From positions 32,001 to 96,000 of IMG/VR virus record IMGVR_UViG_3300028048_000001: a stretch of DNA of 64,000 nt. One strand, given 5' to 3'. The stretch comes from a virus. Its lineage: Duplodnaviria; Caudoviricetes. Numbering within the stretch: position 1 is the first letter of the stretch; every line of letters begins with the position of its first letter. The notes beneath the pieces are model-generated. The model worked only from the letters and a program-made list of their open reading frames with translations, was not told the DNA's origin and searched no databases. This document shows, one piece after another, positions 1-8,827 of this stretch. The position numbers and the translations under genes are program-made.

Positions 1-263
1 GTTGAGACTATATCTTCCTATACAATAAATATATAGGCACGCCCATTTTGAATTTGCTTAAATTCTCAAGAGGTACACTCATCTCTCTTTAGTCGTTGAA
101 CCTTCTTCTGTTCTAGAAGCTTGGCTGCTGATCATCCAATCCTTAATAGTGTAACTATATCAAAATCCTATTATGGTTTGCCATTTATATATCCCTATAT
201 AAATTTAGTCATTAAGGCTCTAAGGATTTTCCAGCAATTAGAGCGTGTTAGGCAATGTTATTT
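1..263 (-). mobile_element. Group I intron 2 (IA-like) in non-virion RNAP beta' gene; 3' end lies beyond the window edge
   Basis: Minus strand: 5' splice site after GAT GGT (DG) with P1 GGU/GCC; core elements AAUUGCUGGAAA (P, ~228-240), AUCAGCAGCCAAG (Q, ~119-133), GAAGGUUCAACGACUA (R, ~90-105), GAAGAUAUAGUCU (S, ~5-17); P3 ACGCUC/GGGCGU. No ORF in the visible part. Confidence 0.9.
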
Positions 264-369
264 ACCATCGAAATCTGCTGCCAACAAAGGCAAAGGTTGA
301 AGGGGAACTGACATTGTATATGTTTCTGTAAATCCTACGCAAAACATACTTAATATACTTCCATAACTA
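264..369 (-). CDS. rpoC: Exon 2 of non-virion RNAP beta' subunit (catalytic ADFDG[D] motif); not in the ORF track
   Basis: Translates to SYGSILSMFCVGFTETYTMSVPLQPLPLLAADFDG. Joined to exon 1 after NRNPTI it gives NRNPTISYGSI...AADFDG, the conserved beta' region. The 5' boundary is uncertain by a few nt. Confidence 0.85.
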
Positions 370-1706
370 CGCTTTATTCACATAGAATCGTTGATATTAT
401 CTCTCTTTCTATGCAGTTCTCTTATGAACTTCCCTATATTTCTATAGGATACTAGACTATATCTTTATCTGCCAATTAGATATTCACCATTTCGATTTAA
501 AGGGTCTTACTTCCCTAAATGCCCTACCTACTTAGGCTCTAACTTCAAGATTATCTATTATGAGATATTCCTCTACAAATATCTGATATTGTGGAAATTG
601 AAAAATTTGGAAAAAACTTTTCGGTTATTTCTTTATAATTATATCCATGCTCATTAAGATTTCTAATTAAATCAGCATCTTCATCTGTAAGTCGATGAAG
701 ATTAGCAGGATTCTTTTTATATGAATCATAGTAAGATTTTGGTTGATAATTTGGATCATAATAAACCTTATTTAAACAAATATTTTGTATAGATGTACCA
801 GATATATTTTTATACCCCATATTTTGTATTTGACTATAGCTATAACCTTGATCATGAAGATCTCTAATTTTATTAGCCTCATCATAATTAAGTTTATTAC
901 AAGTTCTTACATTATTATTTTCAGCATGTATAACATTTTCTTTCATGGTGGCCCATTCAATATTAGAGTATAAAGATCCATCTGGCATAACTTTATTTAC
1001 ACAATTATTCGTTTTATCAAAATCTTTATGATTTACTGTTAATTGATCCATATTATTTATAGGATTAAATTTTTTAAGAACAAGTCTATGTATACTATAT
1101 TTCTTTTGTCCATTTTTACAATTATCTGCTGCTAAACAGACATATTGATATCCATTTGGCCGAAGATTAGGTTTAATCATTTTCCCAGATCTAATATTCA
1201 TTATTCTTCCATAGTTACTTACAGCATAATAATTTGGAAGAATATCTTTAGCTTCATTATCGGTTAAAACTTCAAATGTTTCACTTTCTTGAAGATCATC
1301 TGGTAAGAAAAATATGGCTTGTTTCATTGATGTATCATAGAGTCTTGTTCCTTTTGGACAAACTAATCCACCAAAATTACTATTTCCATTTTTTGTAACA
1401 TATTCTCCATTTTCATTATATCTTCCACTATCAGTTTCTTGAGTTGATCTCATAATATATTCTCCTTATATTTTTTAAAATTAAAATATAAAGAAAATAA
1501 TAATCTATTCAGATAGTCGTTGAACCTTCTTCTATTATTATAGAAGCTTGGCTGCTGATTGTCCATAAAATGGAGTTCCCAGCAATTAGATGAATTTTAA
1601 TATATGATATAATAACGTATTGGCATATCATATATTCGACATTATTCCCTTTATATTTTAATTATTTTTTATAACAATAATTAAAGATAACAGAGGGAGT
1701 CCGAAT
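370..1706 (-). mobile_element. Group I intron 1 carrying an HNH homing endonuclease ORF
   Basis: Minus strand: AAUUGCUGGGAA (~1576-1587), AUCAGCAGCCAAG (~1547-1559), GAAGGUUCAACGACUA (~1514-1529), P3' GGUGAAU (~482-488), AAAGAUAUAGUCUAG (~452-466); ends in G (AAAGCG) before exon 2. The ORF lies between R and P3'. Confidence 0.88.
551..1453 (-). CDS. Intron-encoded NUMOD4/HNH homing endonuclease with two C-terminal HTH-like repeats
   Basis: YAVSNYGRI (NUMOD4); HRLV...VNHKDFDKTNN...NIEWATMKENVIHA (HNH); repeated KL.....A..IR.L...GY.Y..I units; RBS AAGGAG. Confidence 0.9.
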   Translation of the reverse strand: MRSTQETDSGRYNENGEYVTKNGNSNFGGLVCPKGTRLYDTSMKQAIFFLPDDLQESETFEVLTDNEAKDILPNYYAVSNYGRIMNIRSGKMIKPNLRPNGYQYVCLAADNCKNGQKKYSIHRLVLKKFNPINNMDQLTVNHKDFDKTNNCVNKVMPDGSLYSNIEWATMKENVIHAENNNVRTCNKLNYDEANKIRDLHDQGYSYSQIQNMGYKNISGTSIQNICLNKVYYDPNYQPKSYYDSYKKNPANLHRLTDEDADLIRNLNEHGYNYKEITEKFFPNFSISTISDICRGISHNR

Positions 1707-3004
1707 ATCGTAGGGTTCCGATTTATTATTACGCTTAAACCAGGTAAACCTTTCTTCTTCTCATTATCTATTATACTTTGTATTATACTGCTTATTCTAT
1801 CTACTGGCTCAATTGTTGCTTTATACCATAATTGATGAGCTTCATTAGGACTCATATTATATGATCTGCATAATATATTTTTTATTCTTTGTTCAAGCAT
1901 TATTGCAAGTCCTATTACAGGTAATGTAACCTCATCAATTCTTAAATCGGGATTCTGAACTATAACATTTCTACTACTGAAGTTATATCGTCCTCCCAAT
2001 AAACATCTAAAATCTCCTTTTTTACCACTTAATATAGTTTCCAGCTCTGTATATAATTCCATAAATTTTTTCTGTAAATTATATAATTGCTGATTCTTTA
2101 TTTTTGGCTCTCTTTGTATTTTGGTTTTATTTCTATTTATTGTAGTTACTAATTTATTCATCATAGTATACATGGCATTTGTAGGTTCATATGTCATATT
2201 TCCATCTTTAATATCAAATGGTCTTAATAACGTAGTAAATACTGGTATACTATGTGTAAATACTATATTTCTGTGTTCATAAATATCATCATAATTTTCT
2301 TTCTTAGTAGGCCTTTTTCGTAAATAGAAATCCATTATTTCATCAAATCTTTTTACAAATTCAACCATACCAATTCCAAAAAACGGTTCATCTTTATTTT
2401 TAGTTTCAATTGCTTTACTAGATAAAGGAGTTACTATATCTGAAATATCTAAAATATTTTCTAATTTAGTTCTTTTAACTCCTTGTATAGTAATACCTTT
2501 ACCTAAGAAAATATCTATCTTTTTATAAAATGCTGGGTGTATAATAACAAAGGGATCTTTTAATACCATCCACCCAAAATAACTAAAATTATCATCTACA
2601 TATTCACATAAATGACCACATCTTGGACAACGTAATCCAGCGTTTAATCTTCCTTTTAAACCACCATCATCAGTACAATGACAACGATATCTATCTATAA
2701 AAGGATTTACATCTGCCAAAGTTTGTCCAAACCTTCTAGAAAATAATCCATCTTCTGCTTTTAAGTCTTTCTTAATATTTCTTCCAGAAGGAGCAACTTC
2801 AAATCCATTTCCAGAATCTATATCAAGTTTTCTTTCAGCATCAAAATCTATATATTCTATATAAGATTCATATTCATAGTTTTCACTATGAGGATATGTC
2901 ATTGAAGTTGATACTACATCTTTTTCATCATAGTGAAGAAAATTATTTTTATTGTGAGAATCTTCAAACAAAGATCCATATTTAATTTTTTCACTCATTA
3001 TCAT
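1707..3004 (-). CDS. rpoC: Exon 1 of non-virion RNA polymerase beta' (N-terminal/catalytic) subunit
   Basis: GLFSRRFG, Zn-binding CHC...CPRC, IPVFTTLLRP, GKKGDFR..LGGRYNFSSRNVI, INRNPT. The ORF-track tail FGLPLLSL... is intron read-through. Confidence 0.9.
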
Positions 3005-3462
3005 TCTCCAATATAATCATCGCAAGTATCATTTTTATTTATTTTTTTATATTTTTCATCATTATAACAATTATACTTATACTTATACATTTTTTTACGC
3101 TTAACTAATTTATCTAAATCTTTTTTAAACTTGTTTAATAAATCAGTAATATCATCCGTTACGCATTCTGTTTCATTAGAATTAATATAAGAAGAATATT
3201 CAATACTACAATTTACAAGTTTAGGAAAATCATAATTATCATCAAGAATCATCCAATCATTAGATGCAATATTGGTAAATGTATAAGCAGTATTTGTAGT
3301 ATTTCTTATATCAATAATTTCTCCATTAGAACAATGCATCATAATTGTATTATTTTCCCATTTCCAATATCCTTTCCACGATGGAAGTTTAATCTTTTTT
3401 CCATTAAGTAATTCAAACCAAGCTTGCCTCCAAGTTAAATTAGTATTTCCAGGTTTTGCCAT
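3001..3462 (-). CDS. tad2: DUF2829 / Tad2-like protein with C-terminal extension
   Basis: W.QA...L.NGKKIKLPSW.GYW.W...IMMHC...IDIR.T....YT..NI.S.DW.I pattern of the DUF2829 family. Confidence 0.65.
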   Translation of the reverse strand: MAKPGNTNLTWRQAWFELLNGKKIKLPSWKGYWKWENNTIMMHCSNGEIIDIRNTTNTAYTFTNIASNDWMILDDNYDFPKLVNCSIEYSSYINSNETECVTDDITDLLNKFKKDLDKLVKRKKMYKYKYNCYNDEKYKKINKNDTCDDYIGE

Positions 3463-3485
3463 ATATACCTCCTTAAAATTATTAT

Positions 3486-3704
3486 TTAATTGATTGGTTT
3501 AATTGTTTCATCTGATTCTTTTACTCTTCCAAAAAATTCATCTTTATTTTCTTTAATTTCTGTTATTTTTCCATCTTTATGTATAATATATTTTTTAGGT
3601 ATATTATTTATATACAATGGCTTTTTAATATTTTTACTAAATTTTATTTTTTCTTTTATTGAATCACTATTTAAAAAATCAGTCAAATTGTGTTCAAAGG
3701 ACAT
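3486..3704 (-). CDS. Hypothetical protein
   Basis: GGAGG RBS; follows an early-type promoter motif at ~3729-3745. Confidence 0.7.
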   Translation of the reverse strand: MSFEHNLTDFLNSDSIKEKIKFSKNIKKPLYINNIPKKYIIHKDGKITEIKENKDEFFGRVKESDETIKPIN

Positions 3705-3755
3705 TTAACCCTCCAAAATTGTATTCAATTTTATAATATATTTTTATACAAAAAT

Positions 3756-4367
3756 TTACCTAATGCAACTCAAAATATCATTATACCAATCCTCAATATC
3801 AGATTCGATATTTTGTGATTTTGCAATATTTCTATATTTAGGAGAATTTCCTATAATCATTATAGAATTAATTACATTAGACATAATTTCTGTTGAAGGT
3901 TTAAATTGAGTAAATTTAGTATGTGTAGTAGCAAACATTTTTCGAGCAGCAGCAACAATTGGTGTATCATGATGCTTATCTTCAAGATATATGATATTAG
4001 AAATACCAGTTTGAATGATAGCTTTAGCACATTCGTTACAAGGAAAGAGTGTAACATAAAGAGTAGAATTTCTCAGATCTTTAATGTCTCCACGATAATT
4101 TAAAATAGCATTAAATTCAGCATGAGATGACCACATATATTTATTATTAGGATCAGAAAGATCTCTGTTAGACCAATCGTACTCTGGATCATCATCAGAA
4201 ATACCATTAGGAAAACCATTATAACCAATAGAAAGAATTCTATCATCTTCAGATACAATAACTGCTCCTACTTGTGTATTAGGATCTTTAGAACGTTTAG
4301 AAATAATTTTAGCAATAAGCATATAAACAGAATCTTTAGATATTACATTGTGTCTTTTATTAGACAT
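3756..4367 (-). CDS. dCMP deaminase
   Basis: RSKDPNTQVGAVIV, GYNG, HAE..A, TLFPCNECAKAIIQ zinc motifs. Confidence 0.95.
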   Translation of the reverse strand: MSNKRHNVISKDSVYMLIAKIISKRSKDPNTQVGAVIVSEDDRILSIGYNGFPNGISDDDPEYDWSNRDLSDPNNKYMWSSHAEFNAILNYRGDIKDLRNSTLYVTLFPCNECAKAIIQTGISNIIYLEDKHHDTPIVAAARKMFATTHTKFTQFKPSTEIMSNVINSIMIIGNSPKYRNIAKSQNIESDIEDWYNDILSCIR

Positions 4368-4420
4368 AAAATAAACCCTCCTAAAAATAATAGTAATAAC
4401 AAGTGAAAATGAAAATGAAA

Positions 4421-4460
4421 AATAAATATCAGTAGAGTAACACTCTACTGATATTTATTT
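4421..4460. terminator. Intrinsic terminator after the free-standing HNH gene
   Basis: AATAAATATCAGTAGAGT-aac-ACTCTACTGATATTTATT inverted repeat. Confidence 0.85.
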
Positions 4461-4482
4461 TATATTAATTAATAAAATAATT

Positions 4483-5787
4483 TTATTTTATTTGATCTTG
4501 TGATATAGGTTTATTTGTAGAAGGGTCTATAAAATAAATTCCATTAATAGGTTTTAATATTTTTTTATTATTACATAATGGCATTGTTAAAGATTCTTCT
4601 ATAGATTTTCCAGATCTGATTCTTTTTGATACAGTTCCTGGGCCAAATCCTATAATTTTATCCCATTGATTATATGAAAATGTATCATCATTATATGTAA
4701 TTAATTTAGGTTTTCTAGAATCAGATACAGGTTCATATAAAGATTTATCCACAGACCAATTTTGTCTAAAATGCCTATCATAAATAAGACCTCTATCTAA
4801 TCCTGTGATTTTTGACCAATCTGATATTGTATGAGATTCTCCATTAGAATCTGTAAGAATTCTCATATATGCATTAACGGGTTCTGTTAATGCTCTTTCA
4901 TCAGGCCATCCATCTTCTTTTCTAGCATATAAAGTAAATGCAGAGATTCCAATTATTGGTTCCCATTCAGCAGCAGTATGAGTAATTCCATTTAGAGTAA
5001 GCTTTATATTATTTCTTCTATTATTTGCTTGAGTAACTCCATCTGTCCATCTACAATTTTCCGGGCAATAGTTTCCATCATTATTTATTCTATCTATACT
5101 TAATCCTGGTTTGTAACCATTAGCCATAGCCCATCTACAAAATGTATCAACACCTGTATCTGGATTTAACCATTCATCACAAATTGAAATTCCTCTTCCA
5201 CCATAATCTTTATATGAATTACGATTAGGGTTATAACATCTTGATTTCATATTATGATATATTTCATATATTGGAGTACCATGCCAACCATGTTTAGTTG
5301 ATACTTCAATTTGAGCACATCCACAACTTTTAGTATGTCCATTTCTTAAATTATGGCCTCTTACTATAACATTATTTCCACAATCACACTTACAAAGCCA
5401 TTGTGTTTCTCTTCCAGAAGTTCCAATAAAATCTTCTGCTCTTTCCAATACTGTAAGTTTACCAAATTTTTTTCCAATCATATTAATTAATTTATTAGAC
5501 TTACATTCTTTACAACAATGAACATTACCATTGAGAAGATTATGGTGTATAACTTCTATAGTATTGCCACAATCACATTTACAAAGCCATCTAGGTTCAT
5601 GTCTTCCAGTAGATGGATAAATATAGTCATCTATTCTTTTAATTACAATTAATTTATCAAATCTTTGATCTTTTAAATCTCTCCATCCTCTTTTTTTAAC
5701 AAATTTAAATTTCATTTTATATATAATATCTCCTTTATTTTTATAATATATAGTTATAAGTACATTAAAAAATAATTTAAATAACAT
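4483..5787 (-). CDS. Free-standing HNH endonuclease with tandem WLCKCDCG repeats; true start probably MKFKFV (5715)
   Basis: Two WLCKCDCGN modules; M..RC.NP....YKDYGGRGI.IC.EW; SIDRINNDGNYCPENCRW; three C-terminal W..I.G repeats; AAAGGAG upstream of 5715. Confidence 0.85.
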   Translation of the reverse strand: MLFKLFFNVLITIYYKNKGDIIYKMKFKFVKKRGWRDLKDQRFDKLIVIKRIDDYIYPSTGRHEPRWLCKCDCGNTIEVIHHNLLNGNVHCCKECKSNKLINMIGKKFGKLTVLERAEDFIGTSGRETQWLCKCDCGNNVIVRGHNLRNGHTKSCGCAQIEVSTKHGWHGTPIYEIYHNMKSRCYNPNRNSYKDYGGRGISICDEWLNPDTGVDTFCRWAMANGYKPGLSIDRINNDGNYCPENCRWTDGVTQANNRRNNIKLTLNGITHTAAEWEPIIGISAFTLYARKEDGWPDERALTEPVNAYMRILTDSNGESHTISDWSKITGLDRGLIYDRHFRQNWSVDKSLYEPVSDSRKPKLITYNDDTFSYNQWDKIIGFGPGTVSKRIRSGKSIEESLTMPLCNNKKILKPINGIYFIDPSTNKPISQDQIK

Positions 5788-5820
5788 ATTTGGATAGTTT
5801 AATAATTAATATAGATAAAA

Positions 5821-5855
5821 ATAATGGTGCTAGGAATAAATCCTAGCACCATTAT
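5821..5855 (-). terminator. Intrinsic terminator of the major capsid gene
   Basis: ATAATGGTGCTAGGA-ataaa-TCCTAGCACCATTAT with A-tract on the left. Confidence 0.9.
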
Positions 5856-5897
5856 TATAAATATCAGCAAGTGCTAAGTAATAATTAATTTTGACCT

Positions 5898-7652
5898 TTA
5901 CGGTTGACCTTTACGGATTCCCGACCGATTTATAATTTCGACGCGAGACTGTACCGGCTGATACTCGTCAACTAAGAATCTCTCAAATGCAGTAACAGCA
6001 GGAAGAGCAGGATTCTGAACGTTTCTAAGCTCATTGGAAACATACATCTGATAATCGTAGATTCTATACGTTACTCTGTTGGAGTTGTGTGGCATTAAAA
6101 GTACTATTAAATCGTTTTGCCACCTGAGTTTATCACTGCCAATGAACTGATAGACTCTCTTATCACTGGTAACAACAGTTCTCTTGAAGTCAAGATCCAC
6201 AGGACCAATGCTGCTCGGGCTTGTATAAGTATACTCAATAGGAGTAATCTTTCTAACAAGATCCGGATCACCGAAAATGGTAATAACCATATTAGGATCA
6301 TTCAGAACCTGAAGCATTCTGGTAACCTCAGAATCAAATGCATCAAAGAACATGCTGTGTCTCCAGGTAAGAGGATCAAGAGCATATCCAACAGGCGGAG
6401 CATAATCAAACTCCATGTAACCTCTACTATTCTCAGGAAGTCTATCATAAGACTCATCAAGATACTGCTTAATCTTATCATCCTTGTAGTTAGCAAGAGT
6501 GGTCTTAAGCAGGCTCATAATCTTGGTAAGCTGATTAACCTGATACAGAGCAGCAAGATCTTTAACCTCTTCAGGACTAATGGTAACACTCAGCGGAATA
6601 GCATTAGGAATCTCAATAAGTTTAGTATCAACCTTCCACTTAACAGTGCAGGTGTCAAGCATATGGTTAGCAGTATCAAGTTCTGCACTAAGCATAACTT
6701 TCTTCACTTCACCCTTAGCAGAGATAACAGTAAAGATATTCTTATCCATAGTGCCTGCAAGAACATCAGAGATCTTCTTGTTAGCATCAGCAGACTCTCT
6801 CACAACAAGCTGAACAGGAGCATTAAAGCTTCTCTCATACTGATTGTAACCAGGCTGGAACAGAATATTCACTGGGAACCAAACATTCTCAACTTCACCC
6901 TCATCAGCAGCAGTAGCAATAGGTCCATTTGGACGAATAAATCCATCAGCATCAGGCATGATATCACCCTCAGCAATATACATCTTCTCAATCTGTATAG
7001 CGGATATATGAGTCTTAATGCTAAGAGCATCAAGCTTAGTACCACCACAAAGAGCAAGAACATCGGTCTCACCAATCTCAGGAAGTTCAAGCTCAATATT
7101 ATAAACAGGATTAGAAGCATCAATTGCAGGGGTCATCTTATTCTGATCGGTGAACATATCGATCTCGTTACCCTGAGTATCAACAAGAATTCTCTTTTCC
7201 ATACTCATGGTGAACTTAGGACCTTCAGCAACAACTTTCTGAATAGCACCCTTATCGAAGACCATATTCATAAGAATATTCTTATGGACAGGGAAAGTCA
7301 TACCGATAACCGGGTTATAATCAGCCATATCAGCATGCTCAAAGACAGCTTCAACATCGTTCTCAAACTGTTGTTCCATCATTGCATACTGATCTTCAAT
7401 ATAGCCAGGATCATTCATGAAAGGATCATTGGTATTCTCATCCATGAAATTACTGCAGAAGAATTCTTTAAGAGCTTCTTTAGCTGCAGGTCTACGAAGA
7501 ACCTTTTTCGGCTCTTCAAAAATATCCATACCAGACTCATTAAGCAGGTTCTTAGCAAACTCTGCGAAAGATTGGACATAGTTAGTCATAGGATCTTTAG
7601 AGTAAGAACCACCAACAAAACCAGTCTTGGTAGAAAGCTTACCAATAGGCAT
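5898..7652 (-). CDS. Major capsid protein (AR9-like jumbo phage)
   Basis: Strongest codon bias and highest GC in the window, perfect AAGGAGG RBS, late promoter, strong terminator; size and C-terminus (P.VTAFERF....YQPVQSRVEI) resemble AR9-type capsid proteins. Confidence 0.8.
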   Translation of the reverse strand: MPIGKLSTKTGFVGGSYSKDPMTNYVQSFAEFAKNLLNESGMDIFEEPKKVLRRPAAKEALKEFFCSNFMDENTNDPFMNDPGYIEDQYAMMEQQFENDVEAVFEHADMADYNPVIGMTFPVHKNILMNMVFDKGAIQKVVAEGPKFTMSMEKRILVDTQGNEIDMFTDQNKMTPAIDASNPVYNIELELPEIGETDVLALCGGTKLDALSIKTHISAIQIEKMYIAEGDIMPDADGFIRPNGPIATAADEGEVENVWFPVNILFQPGYNQYERSFNAPVQLVVRESADANKKISDVLAGTMDKNIFTVISAKGEVKKVMLSAELDTANHMLDTCTVKWKVDTKLIEIPNAIPLSVTISPEEVKDLAALYQVNQLTKIMSLLKTTLANYKDDKIKQYLDESYDRLPENSRGYMEFDYAPPVGYALDPLTWRHSMFFDAFDSEVTRMLQVLNDPNMVITIFGDPDLVRKITPIEYTYTSPSSIGPVDLDFKRTVVTSDKRVYQFIGSDKLRWQNDLIVLLMPHNSNRVTYRIYDYQMYVSNELRNVQNPALPAVTAFERFLVDEYQPVQSRVEIINRSGIRKGQP

Positions 7653-7803
7653 AATTTAATCCTCCTTGTGATTATATAACTAGAATGAAGGACGTTAAGG
7701 CAATCTAGTTACTTCAAAAATATATTTTTTATTTATTTTTTATTATCAAAATACATAGGAGCTTAGAGAGTTACTCCCAAATATTTTATTTATTAGTTAA
7801 TAA

Positions 7804-8823
7804 TTATTTTTTAGAGTTATTAATTTCTTCAATAACTTTGTAAATTGAACGAAATACAGACATAAATTTAATATACATAGCATAATTTTCTAAGTAAGGA
7901 TTCTTATCAAAATTATTTTGTATATAATCTATTAATATATTTTTAGTTTTCTCTGTAAACAATGTAAGTCTTTTAATAGTATCAAGATTTTCCATTGTCT
8001 TAGGAATAGAATTTATCCCTTCTTTAGTGGTAATTATAGTTTCATATAAATCTTTATAATCTATTTTTAACTGTAATACTCTAATACGTTTTTGATCATC
8101 TGTCAAAGAATCATATAATTGTTCTTCAGAAGTTTTAATATCTTCATCTGATATACCGTCAGAAGGATCGGATGGAGGAGTATCAGTGGAACCTTCATCA
8201 GTTTGAGTACCACCTTCATCAGTATTTTCTCCGGTTGTATCGTCCCCTTCAGATTCTGCTGAACCTGCTGAATCTCCACCATTATCATCCATAGTGAAAT
8301 CATCAGCTTCTCCATTATCATCAGTTTGATCCTCTGCAGAAGTATCGGCTGTGGTATCAGTATTATTAGATTCATCTGTTTCTGTATCTGATGGTTGTTG
8401 TTCATCATCCATAGTGAAATTATCAGATTCATCACTATTATTATCATTATTATCTGTTTCATTATCATCAGCAGTAGATGAATCATCTTCATCTTCTAAA
8501 GTAAAATTATCTTCGTCTGTATTATCATCATCTTCAGTAGTATCAGTATCTGCCCCTAAATCTTCTGCAGTCTGAGTATCTGTTTCATTTGGATTCTCTG
8601 ATGCGTCTTCTGCAGCATCTTGAGGAGTATTTTCTCCAGATTCGGCTGTTTCATTTCCTTCATCAGTAGATTCATCATCAAAATTTTCTTCTTTATCGTC
8701 CATGGTGAAGTCATTATCATCTCCGACATCTTCACCATTAACTTGAATTTCATTAATGAATTTATTATTATTAGAAGAGAATAATGACTTATTTCTTATA
8801 TTTTTTAAATTAAATATAGCCAT
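7804..8823 (-). CDS. Highly acidic head-assembly/scaffold-like protein
   Basis: D/E/T/N-rich disordered centre with recurring FT(M/L)DD units, helical C-terminus; immediately upstream of the capsid gene. Confidence 0.5.
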   Translation of the reverse strand: MAIFNLKNIRNKSLFSSNNNKFINEIQVNGEDVGDDNDFTMDDKEENFDDESTDEGNETAESGENTPQDAAEDASENPNETDTQTAEDLGADTDTTEDDDNTDEDNFTLEDEDDSSTADDNETDNNDNNSDESDNFTMDDEQQPSDTETDESNNTDTTADTSAEDQTDDNGEADDFTMDDNGGDSAGSAESEGDDTTGENTDEGGTQTDEGSTDTPPSDPSDGISDEDIKTSEEQLYDSLTDDQKRIRVLQLKIDYKDLYETIITTKEGINSIPKTMENLDTIKRLTLFTEKTKNILIDYIQNNFDKNPYLENYAMYIKFMSVFRSIYKVIEEINNSKK

Positions 8824-8827
8824 ATTT

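Noticed and set aside
1658-1706. C-terminus FGLPLLSLIIVIKNN of the 448-aa ORF
   Set aside because: Read-through into intron 1; the real protein continues in exon 2
6117-7679. 520-aa plus-strand ORF antisense to the capsid gene
   Set aside because: Mirror frame of a strongly codon-biased gene; no RBS, non-ATG start, unnatural I/S/K/H composition
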